A DNA stretch of 64,000 nt, taken from positions 40,052,001 to 40,116,000 of the forward strand of contig CM060731.1 of the NCBI GenBank assembly GCA_030704615.1, in the 5' to 3' direction. Position 1 is the stretch's first letter, and every line of letters starts with the position of its first letter. Position numbers and translations under genes: made by a program. Positions 1 through 11,809 of the stretch are shown here, in pieces. The notes beneath the pieces were generated by a model. The model was given only the letters and a program-made list of their open reading frames with translations, was not told the DNA's origin and searched no databases. Source of the DNA: Takakia lepidozioides. Lineage: Eukaryota > Plantae > Bryophyta.

Positions 1-1
1 T

Positions 2-1339
2 CAGTCACAAGAGCCTCGAGCCTCGAGCTTCGAGTGTACTACTCTTGCAAAGTCTCATGCATCGTCAAAGCATTTGCCTCCCAAGGTCCCTATTTTTCCC
101 GCACGACCGCTGGGAGATTCTACCCGATCCTCACAGCTGAGGAATTTCCGGCAGATCTTGGCTAGTTCCTGCAGTTCCAGCCCTTCGGAGGGATGCATGA
201 TCAAAACTAAAGCTGTTACCCACTCTCCTCTCGGGAAGAACTCCCGGGCTTTTTCTGGCCCAGTTTCTGGCACACCTTCGGATGCAGCACCTCGAAGACT
301 TCATAGCTCAGAGCTCTCACCGCATCATCCCTGGATGCATAGGGGAAAGCAAGGAATTTCTGGTACTCCATCGTCTCCCACGAGTATTTTTTCTGGTCCA
401 GATGCGGACAGTCAGACATCAGCCTCCAATCCCTCTTCAAATTCTGCCCCGGATACTCCTTGCCCCTTCACACGTCCAGCTACTCCTTCCCCTGCCCATC
501 ACCCGAAATTGTGCCCCTGTGCATCGTGCGAGTATCTTGATCAAGATTATGAGGAGAGTGCAAGTCCTATTTTCAGCCTTCCTCCAGATTTTGACGTGCA
601 CCACCAATCAGATTCAGGCACATCCTTTTACCACTCCCCCTACGGAGATCTGGGCCCAACTAAGGCAGACTACTCAGGGAAGGATGCTAATCATGGTGCT
701 GGAGGCGCTTCTGAGGGTGTAAAAGCCCTCATCAAGCTGTGCAGGAACAAGAGCCGCTTGGGGAAGCCTAAAAGTCGTCAGAGACTTGGGACAATTTACA
801 GTCCAGAGGTGTGGGCGCCCACTCTTGCTACTTATTTCCAGTGTCTCGAGCTCAGTCAGGCAGCAACCTCTAGTGGACATCTTGACAGCTATGGGGCAGT
901 ACCTGGAAATTGTACTGGATCAGAGCCTGCGAGTGTTGAGTCAAGTCCCATGCTATCTCCACAAGGTCCCAGCAGGCTGCCTTACACGATGCCCACTATT
1001 GCTGAACAAGAATTGGCAGCCAGGAGTTGTTTCAAGCCTCCAAATCCAGATTTTACTGCACGGCTAGGAAACATGTTCTCACCTACAGGATGTACCCCAA
1101 GGGATGTTCATCGCTCTGGGTCCACTACCCCTTCCCGGCTGGAGGATATGCGTCCATCACCAGCTTACACAGCTACCTTGGATTTGCTCTCTCCTGCTGT
1201 GGGCATGATCCCGAAAAGGAAGAAGGTGCCTACTGTGAAGCTGAAGGTGCCCAGTTTCAGGTGGCGAGGTTCAAAAATACGCAGAAGAGTTCGCTACATT
1301 GTAAGTACAATGTTCCTGTCAGTCTCCCTGAACTTCTGA
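2..1339 (+). CDS. Ser/Pro-rich protein of unknown function, 5'-partial (frame is open to the window edge)
   Basis: The 421-aa ORF 74..1339 stays open in frame upstream to position 2. No domain was recognised. The C-terminus is basic (PKRKKV...KIRRRVR). Confidence 0.5.
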   Translation, partial: QSQEPRASSFECTTLAKSHASSKHLPPKVPIFPARPLGDSTRSSQLRNFRQILASSCSSSPSEGCMIKTKAVTHSPLGKNSRAFSGPVSGTPSDAAPRRLHSSELSPHHPWMHRGKQGISGTPSSPTSIFSGPDADSQTSASNPSSNSAPDTPCPFTRPATPSPAHHPKLCPCASCEYLDQDYEESASPIFSLPPDFDVHHQSDSGTSFYHSPYGDLGPTKADYSGKDANHGAGGASEGVKALIKLCRNKSRLGKPKSRQRLGTIYSPEVWAPTLATYFQCLELSQAATSSGHLDSYGAVPGNCTGSEPASVESSPMLSPQGPSRLPYTMPTIAEQELAARSCFKPPNPDFTARLGNMFSPTGCTPRDVHRSGSTTPSRLEDMRPSPAYTATLDLLSPAVGMIPKRKKVPTVKLKVPSFRWRGSKIRRRVRYIVSTMFLSVSLNF

Positions 1340-3486
1340 TTGACACAAGAGTAGGTCCAGCTAGGGAAATGGAAGACGACTTCCACTGTGAAAAGTTTGG
1401 TGGCCACGTTTTAGGCATAGCACCAGGAGAGCAAAGCTTGTGGGGCTTGTAGGGCACCACTATATACATTTCAAGGGGTTATTCCTCATGACATCTGGAA
1501 TGTACTGAACCACATGCCCAATTGTGTGTTTGAATATAGGTGTCGCTGTGTAAAGCTTTCAAGGGTGTTCTCATCAGGGGAGCCAGGCAATGTTGTAGTA
1601 AGGCAATGGTGGAGCCCAAGCTGCTCCACCATGATGACTACACTCTCACTGAAGCAGACTTCCGTTTCTGTAAGGTATGGTCTCACCCTTTGACTGCTGG
1701 ATTGGCTCCAGTGGCTCAGTAGTATTAGATTTCAAGACCGCAACAGGGCCCTAGTGGTCTGGTCATTTTCTCTTTTCTTTCATTTGCCCCATGAACTCAT
1801 TGAGTTCCTATGGATATGTAAAGTTTTCTCTTTCTGCAAGATGCCTTCAACTGCGAATCTCTTGATGAAAAGTTATCTTGGGCTGCTTGTGGAGGGCCCC
1901 ACCTTCCTTCTTGTTTTGCTGCTTTCTTTTTGTCCCATCACCTCCTTCAGCTTCCTGTGGGTCAAATTATGAAGTCTCTTTCTTTCTTTCTTTTTTTCTC
2001 TTTCTTTCCTCTCTCTCTCTCTCTCCCCACTGTTGATTGAATTGAATGTCATGCAGAGTAAGGTGATAGCTGTGTCAAGGTACTGGCAGACAGCAAGAGG
2101 GACAGTGAGTTGTAGTTTAGTCTGGGAAGCTTGGAATCACATAATCATACTGTCCTTTTGTCTTGCAGCCGAATTGAGCAGTTGGAGCCAAGAACTGAAA
2201 CACAGCAAGATAATTGGGGAGTCTGTTGGGTATTCTTCTTGGAAATGTGACGGGTTTTCAGGCACATCCGTTGTAAAATCCATTGCTGACGTCATTCAAC
2301 ATCTCCTTACAATCCTGTTCTATGTTCTTGTAAGCTTGCTCTAAATGACTGCTTTAGCTTAGCCTTAGTTCTCAGAGAAGGTTGTTCAGACCACTGTCAC
2401 TGTATGTCATTATACCCCTAATGTAGCTGCATGAGCATGAGGTTGTATCTCTTTTCGTTGGCAAGCAAGGAATTCAAGCTATGAGGGGGCAATTCAAATG
2501 CATAGAAACTGCATGGTAGGGTCCAAGCATTCAGGTTATGAAAGGTATGTAGCATGGGCATTCTGTGTTCTTATCTTCAAATCCATCTGTGGATGAAGTG
2601 TGGTTGTAATATTTAGGAACTGAAAAGTTGTAGTCCATGTGTCCACACAGTAAAATGCTGTAGATGTAACTGCAGCACTCTATCTGGCATGAATTTTGCG
2701 CTCAAACGTTCAAACAAAGATCACACCACAGAAAATATACACAAGGGACTGCACTGAACATTGTTGTTTAATCTGTTTTACAAAAATGAAACAGTGTATT
2801 GTCATTTCATGGGTCTCCAAGTTACATACAATTTTGAAAACCAACTAGTGTAGTATATGTCATCTCTAAACTCAATGCTATCTTGATCTATATACACAAA
2901 ATATATGTATGTAAATGTATGTATCTTACTACAATCGTACAGCAACTCATAAAGCATGAAAGACAACATCAGTAACATGAGAATCTCTAGATCCACCTCA
3001 AGATTTGATACTCCCTACCAGAAGCACCACAAAAATGACAACCTCTCCACAAAATGCGAGAGTCTAGATAGGAATGAGGAGGTAGGTACGAGGAGGTAGG
3101 TACGTAGGCACAAACGTGGTGGTAGGTATGTATAAGGGTAAACTGACTGGCTTGCTGCCCTAAAACCCAGTTATGTCCGGTAGCGAGAGGAGCCCCGCTA
3201 CCGGATATAGCAGGGAGCCAGGACTTACCGAGCCGCGTTAGCCAGGGCTCCTCTCGAATGCTACCTAAGACAGAGGCTCTAATAAAACTTTATTAAAACT
3301 CAGGGGTTAAGCCCCGGAGTTGGGATTATTTGGAGAATTGATAAATTATTTTCTAGTATATTAATATAAATAATGGTGGAAAAAAACTTGGTATTTTATC
3401 ACGCTCCCTTGGGGAGGCGTCAATTATTATTATTATTATTATTATTATATTTTATCAATCATTGTTTGTAAATAAGATAGAAATTC

Positions 3487-3565
3487 TAGCGACGACCGAA
3501 GGTCGGAAGCTAGTTAACCTAGAGCAGGAATAGGGTGCCAAAGTGCCACGTCATCGTCGCCACGT
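3487..3565 (+). repeat. Helitron-3'-end-like motif (hairpin plus CTAG) in a dispersed repeat
   Basis: The hairpin CGACC-GAA-GGTCG is followed by GAAGCTAGT. A diverged reverse-complement copy, including the downstream GGAATAGGGTGCCA..GTGCCAC.TCATCGTC, lies at about 45160-45238. Confidence 0.45.
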
Positions 3566-3789
3566 TTCGTTGTCAAATTCTGTCGAGTCTGCCCGAACTG
3601 CCCGAACTTGTCACTCACGCGCGCGCGCTGCCGCTTCTTTCTCGCTCGATGTCTTCGTTTGTGTTTGGGTACCCATGCTGCAGACTGGGGAGTAGAGGGT
3701 AGCGATGTCAAGTCTCTGATAGAACATGAATCCTCCAAAGAGGCAGTAGTGGGAGCCATAGTTGCCCAGGCAGTTGCAAATATAAGAGA

Positions 3790-4133
3790 GAGATGAAGTC
3801 GATGCTAAAAGAAAGAGAGAGGAGAGGGGCTCAACTCGGCGAGCACAATCTCGGAGAGACAAAGAGCACAATGAAGCTGTGCTGAGGTCAGCTGCAATAG
3901 CCCGCACTGCTCAAAAATGATCAGTTAGAAGATCCCTTTAGTGGGAGTGGATATGGGCAGGGGGGGAAGAAGAAGACTAGGGGGGGCTTGACAGCCTTGT
4001 TGCAGAGAAAACCCACTGCTAAAGATAGACTTGCTCGAAAACTATTGAATGCTCGTGTTAGAGACGCCACTGTATGTCATCTAACAAGGGAGGAGGATGC
4101 TAGATATAGGGATGCCTATCCCAACCAGTGGTA
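3790..4133 (+). pseudogene. Degenerate C-terminal coding fragment of an unidentified protein
   Basis: Reads ...RRDKEHNEAVLRSAAIA* and then, after disruption, KPTAKDRLARKLLNARVRDATVCHLTREEDARYRDAYPNQW*. It looks protein-like but is interrupted. Confidence 0.3.
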
Positions 4134-4389
4134 GAGCGGTAACAATTTCTCATGATGTTGTAGAGGGGATGTCCAGTCTCGTATTCCTCCGAAAGAAACC
4201 AGCAACGGAGAGTGTGCATCTTAGTGTTGAAGGCGAATGTCATCCTTCTTGTGGATCTTCCCAACCTGTGAAGACTCTATTCTGTGAGCTTTCCTCCTTC
4301 CTCTGTCAACTCCTCTTGCATTGGAGCATATTCATCTCACCTCTGTTGCCAATCTTTTCTCAATGTCTCTAATCTATTTGGGTTGAGGT

Positions 4390-7270
4390 TCTACAAAATG
4401 GCGGAACGAGATGTTGTATTATGGAACTCCATGATTACAGGCTACATTGGAGGTGGGTTCTCAAGGTCTGTGCCAGTGTGGCAGCTCTTGAGAAGGGCAA
4501 AGAGATCCATGCTGACATTATCAAGCCAGAATTGTGTCAGATAACATTCTAGGTACTGCCTTGGTAAGCAAGTATGCCAAATGCGGGAGCATAAATAATG
4601 TATGGCAAGTGTTTGACAATATAGCTGAACGGGATGTAGTCTCATGGAGTGCGATGATCGCAGGATATGCCCAGCATGGGTGTGGTACGGAGGCTTTGGA
4701 GACCTATAAGCAAATGGTATGAGAAGGGGTGGCACCTGACCAGTCTACGTTTGTTTGCGTTGTCAATGCCTGTGCAAGTCCGGCAGCCCTGGAGAAGGGC
4801 AAACAAGTCCATGCTGACATAATGAAAGCTGGAATTGTTCCAGATATCATTCTGGAGAATACCCTAGTCGATGGTATGCCAAATGTGGCAGCCTTGAAGA
4901 TGCAAGTTGGCAATATGGCTAGACAAATTGTGGTCTCATGGAGTGCAATGATCGGATGTATGCATGATTTGTGCAGAGGCATGGATAGTTGAAGGAGGGA
5001 TAGAGTGTGGGTCCAGATTCATCCAAGGAGACCGGACTTCAAGCTCCAGATTACCTATGATTCCCTGTGGATCAATAGCTACAAGAAACCTGGATGCGTA
5101 GATGGTCAACTAAAGGCACGTTTGTTTGCATTTGCAGTGTGTGTGCAAGCCTGGCAGCCCTGGAAAAGTGGAAAGAGGCCCATAGTAACATCGTCAAATC
5201 TGGAATTGTACCAGATGTCATTCTGAACACTGCCCAACGTGATGCTTGCAGGGTATGCACAGCAGGGGCGCGGGATGGAGGCTTTGGAGACCTATGAGCA
5301 AATGATGTGCGAAGGGGTGAAGCCCGACCACATCACGTTTGTGTGTGTTTGCAGTGCGTGTGCAAGCCTGGCAGCTCTGGAATAGGGCAAAGAGGTCCAT
5401 GGTTGCATCGACAAAGCTGGAATTGTACCAGATGTCATCCTGAACACTACCCTGGTGGACATGTATGCCAAATGTGGGAGCGTTGAGGATGTGGAGGGAG
5501 TTTTCCACAGTATGGCTGAACGAGTTTCGGTGTCGTGGAATGCCATGCTTGCAGGGTATGCACAACAGGGGCGCGTGATGGAGGCCTTGGAGACCTATGA
5601 GCAAATGATGGGTAAAGGGGTGAAGCCCGACCACATCACGTTTGTGTGCGTTTGCAATGCGTGTGCAAGCCTGGCAGCCCTGGAAAAGGGCAAAGAGGTG
5701 CATGGTTGCATCGGCAAAGCTGGAATTGTACCAGATGTGATTCTGGACAATACCCTCGTGGACATGTATGCCAAATGTGGGAGCATTGAGGATGTGGAGG
5801 GATGTTCAACAATATGGCTGAACGAGATTTGGTGTCATGGAACGCCGTGCTTGCAGGATAGGCACAGCAGGGGCGTGGGATGGAGGACTTGGAGACCTAT
5901 GAGCAAATGATGGGGAAAGAGGTGCATTGAGGATGCAAAGGTCAGAGGGGTTAATTAGAAAGGAGCCAGGTTGCTGCTGCATTGAGGTTGGCAACAGGGT
6001 GCACACCTTCGTTGTAGATGACAAGTTGATCTTCTTGAACGGCAGGAGGGGTTTCACACGCCGATCGCAGATGGGCAGGAGCTCGCACGATGGTGCGGGA
6101 TGGAGGCCTGGGGGAAGGGGTGAAGCCCAACCACATCACGTTTGTGTGCGTTTGCAATGCGTGTGCAAGCCTGGCAGCCCTGGAAAAGGGCACAGAGGTG
6201 CACGGTGACATCAACAAAGCTGGAACTGTACCAAATGTCATTCTGGACACTGCCCTGGTTCACTTGTATGCGAAATGTGATGCCATATTGTCAAATACTC
6301 CCTTTGAAGGAATGCGATGATCGCAGGATGATCCAGCATGGTTGTCATAGGGAGGTCCTGCAACTATTTGAAGGAATGCAAAAGAATGGCTTGAAGCCGG
6401 ACAGTATCAGCTTTATATGTGTTCTCTCTACATGGAGCCACACTGACCTACTGAATGAAGGAAGACGCTACTTCGATTCCCTGAGTCAAGATCATGGTAT
6501 CAATCTGACGTCGTGGAATTAATACTTTTCTGACCCCGGTCAATGGTGGGAAAGGTGAATGCCTGTCAGATTACCAGATGTCATTCTGAACACTGCCTTG
6601 GTGGACATGTATGCCTTGAGCAGTAGCACCCAGGTGATATCCTTGTCCGATATCAGGATATCTCAGCAGGGGTGTAGTAGGGAGGCTTTCAATAGCTATG
6701 AGCAGATGATACGAGAAGGGGTGTTGCCTGATAAGAAGGCGGCTGCCAGCCTGGCAGCCTTTTCCACGCGGACATCATTAAAGCTGGAATACTGACAGAC
6801 AACATTCTTGAGAATACCCTCGTTAACATGTATGCCAAGTGTGGGAGCTTGAAACATTCACGCCAAGTGTTCAACAACATGGTTGAACGGGATGTGGTCT
6901 CGTGGAGTGCGATTATTGCATGCTCAGCATGGGTATGGCGGAGATGTTCTGCAGCTGTTTGAAGAAATGCAACAAGAATGCATGAAGCCAAGCAATATCA
7001 CCTTTACATATGTTCTCTCTACATGTAGTCATGTGGGCCTGGTGGATGATGGTTGCCATTACTTTGATTCCATGAGTCGGGATCATGGGCTCACTCCCAA
7101 AGTGGAGCATTTTGGCTGCGTGGTAGACCTCCTTGGCCGTGCAGGCTACCTGTATGAGGCAGAGGACTTAATTAAAAGAATGCCAAATGAACCAGATGCT
7201 GCAGTGTGGGGGGCCTTGCTTGGTGCCTGCAGAATTTTTGGTAATGTGGATGTAGCAGAACGTGCAGCAT
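4390..7270 (+). pseudogene. PLS-class pentatricopeptide repeat (PPR) pseudogene cluster with E/E+ remnants
   Basis: Recurrent P-L-S motifs (VSWNAMLAGYAQQG, PDHITFVCVCNACASLAALEKGK, LVDMYAKCGS). An E domain (EHFGCVVDLLGRAG...PDAAVWGALLGAC) lies at about 7100-7260 and an E+-like KEPGCCCIEVGNRVHTF at about 5960-6020. There are many stops and frameshifts, and no DYW domain was seen. Confidence 0.9.
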
Positions 7271-8196
7271 ACAAGAAACCTGCATGGGTAGATGGTCAAC
7301 TGGAAGCCGCAGCAGCGGCGGCACAATTGATAAAATCAGGCACTGCTACTCAAGGTGATGTCATGCCTGACTCGTTTGATTCATGTTGACAAAGTTCAGA
7401 AGGTTCTAAGCTGCCCTAGTGGTATAGTTGCATCTCTCTATATACTGCCCTTCATTCTGTACCAATTGTCACATGTGAGGGGTCAATTGCTTTAAAGACA
7501 GACTGAAAATCTTAGAGAGTTCTTCATATGAACTGCTTGCACACTTAAATATGGCTATGGCACAGGGGGACTGCTACTGACAGGTGGATCCAACAAGGCT
7601 GTTTTGCTTCTCATCTTCTGAGCATTTGTTATTGTGTCACCTTCTTCAACACATTTCACCCTGTTTTTCCCTCTTATCAGAATCGGCCCTAAAGTTTTAT
7701 GTCAAGTCACATCTGCTAGTGGTTGAAGTATTCTGATACAGCACTGAAGGTGGCTTGCTCAAAGTTTGTGGAGCTTTGGTAGTTGTAGCTGGGTATAGAT
7801 GAGGTTGTGATCAAAAGTCTTGCTGCTCAGCTGCCCACCAGTGGTTTAAAAGGGATTTCACAGAAAAATCCAAGATCACCGGATTTGAAGAAGCGTACAA
7901 AGGAGGTCCTCTGGATTGAGAGCTGGTCAACCTCTTCTTGGATAAGATACAAGGTCAAACACAATCTGCTGATGGTTCTTTACCGCATGGAGCTCAGGAC
8001 AGAGAACACCACAGGTATTTGAGGGTTCCAACTCAAAAGAGATAAAACTCTAACAGTTTATTGTCAAGTAGATGGCTTTAAGTAGTTGTACAACTGTTGA
8101 TAAGTAGCTAGAAGCCTGTCCCCATGAAGAGATATTTCAGAACTTAGAGGACCAAAAGAGGGATTCAACAGGGACCCTTCTAGCACTCGTGGGTAT

Positions 8197-8420
8197 TTGA
8201 GGATACTATGTAAAGTAGGCCGACTGGAAGAGGCAGTGCACCTTTTGAACAAACCAGGCATGCGACCAGACTCCAATACATATGTATGTCTCTTGCAGGA
8301 GTGCATGAAAATGAAAGACATGGCTCAAGGAAAGCAGCTGCACATCCACAGTCAAAAGTGGATTCAGGCCAAATGTCCTTCTACTCCACACCCTTGTTAA
8401 CATGTATGCTAAGTGTGGTT
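8197..8420 (+). pseudogene. PPR gene N-terminal fragment
   Basis: LCKVGRLEEAVHLL...PDSNTYVCLLQECMKMKDMAQGKQLH, then frameshifted LVNMYAKCG. Confidence 0.75.
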
Positions 8421-8619
8421 GAAAGGGGTTCTATTTCTGCATGCCTATGCCTGTGGGAGGTCACAAAGGTAGCCATGTTGGACTATAATTGCTGGGCAGC
8501 TCCTTTTGTTCCTCACAAAACACAGAGTCGATGGCCACAAGGCTACAGCACTAACCAAATAATACCATATGAGTACATTCTAATCATATTTGAACTTTCG
8601 CATGGATGCAAATGTTTTC

Positions 8620-8740
8620 TTTTGACATCTGGCACAATACCAGATTTCATGATCTCAGAATGGACCTATTTGCCCTAGTTCTCCAGGGCTGCCAGGCTGG
8701 TACAAGCTTTTGCAAACAAAGGTGACCTCATTGGGTTTTG
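8620..8740 (-). pseudogene. Inverted PPR L/S motif fragment
   Basis: The reverse complement encodes ACTSLAALEN*GK*VHSEIMKSGIVPDV, matching the PPR repeats at 4.7-6.3 kb. Confidence 0.65.
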
Positions 8741-9689
8741 TCCCTTCCTGTATCATCCCCTCAATGTCCCTCCTGCATCTGCTCCTTGCCATTACCACAG
8801 ATTCAGCTCAAAGCTGAAATGTGCTTTGCATGTCCCACCATCTGCAAAGAAGCCTCAAAAGATTATAAAGCAATGCAGCTGAAACTAGAACCCAACCCAT
8901 CTATCATTAGAGTGAAAATTCAGAGCTGAAAGCTGCCCACCAAGGCTGCCCAAACATGAGACATTGTAAGACAGTGTCACTCCCTGTTGAGAATACCCCG
9001 ACAACCTACTAGAAAATGGATTATTGTCACAGCCTTAACTAAGAGGAGCCTTAACTAAGAGGAGCCTTTTGTGTTTTTGTGTGGTTCACATCCACCAGGG
9101 TTCACCTAATCCTACAGCTCACCTGGAGGCATTCTTTCAGGGTATGTACTACTTATGTACAGGGAGTATCCTCATTCAGAGTCTTGCTACTCAAAAGCTT
9201 ACAGTGCTGCAGCGCGGATTCTGAGTCTGTCCAACCTGGCTTGATGTCAACCAATACTGATCCAGGGTCAACCCATTCCCATGAAAGTAGGTTGAGTATG
9301 GAAGTTGTGCTCCCCTCTGGTAGCTCACATGGACAAATTTCGTGTCATGAGTAAAGAGAGCTCCCCCGCTAACAAGCCCTGAACCTTTTTATCAAGACAA
9401 TAAAGCTAAATGTTGAGAAACTAAATGATGAGCGACGAAAAAGATATAAACAACACTCCGCCATTCTTCTTGCGCGAAACAATGAAACATGGGATGTGTG
9501 TATGTAACCAAGCCCTTTTTGTGAAAATTGAACGTAGTTCTCAGAATTCGTCGCTAGTAGTGCGGAGCAACGCGAAGCCCTAGTATGGATATTGAAAGTG
9601 ACGGAGGTGTGTAATTGACAATAATGTGGATAGCTCTTCTTGTGTTTTTGTTGAAAGTGACCATTATATATTCAACAGTAGAGACAATC

Positions 9690-9864
9690 AGAATGTAGCC
9701 CAGTGGTAATGGGCACATACCACGTTGGATGTGGTTGTGGGTTCAAACCACGGTCTGGTGTGTCATGAAGGTGTCCACCTTTCAGCTAGAAGGCAGTAGC
9801 CCTTGTGGTGAAGTGACACCATAAGTTACACTCTCTTCGGAAGGCATCATACTTTACTTTCTTT
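9690..9864 (+). mobile_element. tRNA-derived SINE, family A, copy 1
   Basis: A box TAGCCCAGTGG, B box GGTTCAAACC, a 3' stem-loop and a T-rich tail. Homologous to 44452-44592. Confidence 0.7.
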
Positions 9865-9934
9865 CAGCACTAGAAGATGAAGATGTTTCATATGATATTA
9901 ACGATATTGTTTTGTCTCCTGCCACGACTACAAC

Positions 9935-10440
9935 ACATGTGCCTAGATTCAACCCGGTGGTGGAGTTCTTCCAGGAGTTGCGGAGGAACTACCAAGGTGT
10001 ACGGACAGAGAAGCTACGAAGTTTGCAAGACTTCCAGCGCAAACCCAATGAGAGCCTGCGAGAGGCGTACACTCGTATGAGGCGCTTGATAAGTGTGACC
10101 CAAGGGGTTACTGAAGCTCAGGCAATCCAGTTTTGGTATGGAATTTTGGATAAGGAGCTCAAGAGAAGGGTGCGAGATGCAACCCTGTTACAAGCAGCCC
10201 AACCCACATTAGCAGATGTGTTTCTGCTGGCTGAGCGGATTGAGCTCAACATGGTGGAGGAGCGAGTTGTTACCATTGGATTTGGCAAGGACATGCCTAC
10301 ACGAGGCGTAGCTGCCAGCCCACAGGCACAAGGAACCGCTCAACAGCGTGGTCAGGGGGGCAAGGTTGCCCAGCCCAAGTTCCATGGAGCTTACAGGTCC
10401 AACATATCACCCCTGGTTGCTGTTGGCCTGCAAAAGATGC
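9935..10440 (+). mobile_element. LTR retrotransposon gag fragment
   Basis: FNPVVEFFQELRRNYQGVRTEKLRSLQDFQRKPNESLREAY... closely parallels the minus-strand gag at 12236-13393. Confidence 0.85.
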
Positions 10441-10667
10441 CACGGGCCTCTGCACCTGTTTGAGACGGTTGCGGGTGTCCTCATTGCGAATGACTGCATC
10501 TCCTTCAAACAGAACAAACTTGTCCTCGCTAATGAACACATCCTGACGGGAGGGCCTCAAATGGATGAAACACTTGAAACAACAAGGTACTTGCACTCCA
10601 TCAAAGCTTCTACCATAATCAGGCATAATTGAACAATTTTTTACCATTTAGTTCCCTTGATGTTTTG

Positions 10668-11201
10668 GCATGTCTAATTTTATGCTCAACATAGTAATGT
10701 CGCTACCCCGATATCATGGTGCAGGAATACCACAAATTGGGGCAGAGACAGCTACTATTGTGAAAGTAGAAGTGAGTTATTTTGAAATTCATATGTTCTT
10801 TAGAGTCTACTTGATTTGAAAGTGGTGTAGGGTTCAAATAGCAGTCATTTAGCAGCTTCCGTCAATATCGATCTGCTTAGCGTAAATTGACAACCTTCCA
10901 AATGATGAGCAGGCTAGGACCCATAGCTCGACTTGAAGCTGAAGATGCAACCACTTTGTTGAGAAATCTTTTAGTCGGCATATATTATTTAGAAAAATGG
11001 AATCTGATCGTTAATTAATAACGATTATTTAATTTCACGTCGTCTATTCTGAGGGAAATTCTAGTATGCTGATAGTGGCTGGTAGATAATTGGCTTAGTT
11101 CCTTGGGCTCATTTTTCTTTCAAACAAATCAAGGATGCCTCTGCTAAGTGTTGTTTGTGTTGTTTTCTAGCCGGAGCAAGTAACCAAGCTAAAGAGTAAG
11201 G
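10668..11201 (+). repeat. About 530-bp near-identical inverted duplication, copy 1 (partner 28435-28959)
   Basis: Direct reverse-complement match from GCATGTCTAATTTTATG to AAAGAGTAAGG, with few substitutions and small indels. Confidence 0.95.
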
Positions 11202-11809
11202 TGGACACAACCCAACCATCTATTAAAAAGGTAATATATTTGTTTAGGATTTAATTCGTTCACCTTAAATGTTCCATCTTTTCACACCAGAATAAGTTGT
11301 GTTCTCGACAGTCTCTTCCTTTGATGTCTTCAATGCACTAGAGTTTATTAGTTAGCATGGTCTGCCTACCATTATTGAATTTTTAGTATATTTGCATTAT
11401 ACTTCAACATTTCGCCTAATTTAACTGAAATCATGATGAAGTGAATGTCTGTCCACGAAGCACACCATGACACATTCGTCCCTACCATTCAAGTTGTCCA
11501 ATAACAAGATGTTCATTTCTACTGTGCAGATGGCAAGAAATAGGTGTATAATGCTCATTTTACTTCTCATAGCACTGGGAATAATCGTGATCATTATGCT
11601 GAAGGTACTCCTTCATTCTTTCCCCATGAAGAGCCCAACAATTGTGTCTTTGTACTCAGCTTTGTGAAGGGTGTTCACTCTCATCAGATTTATCACCTGC
11701 TTGTAACCAACTACTATCTGCAAGGATATGCTATATACTTCAGTTCTTTTAGTTGACTGCTTGTTCTTTGCAGATCATCCAACCTGACAATAAAGTTCCA
11801 GGTTCGGCA

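Noticed and set aside
9690-9760. Possible tRNA genes (also 21960, 44060, 44460)
   Set aside because: A and B boxes are present, but there is no convincing cloverleaf or acceptor stem. Shared non-tRNA bodies and tails indicate SINEs.
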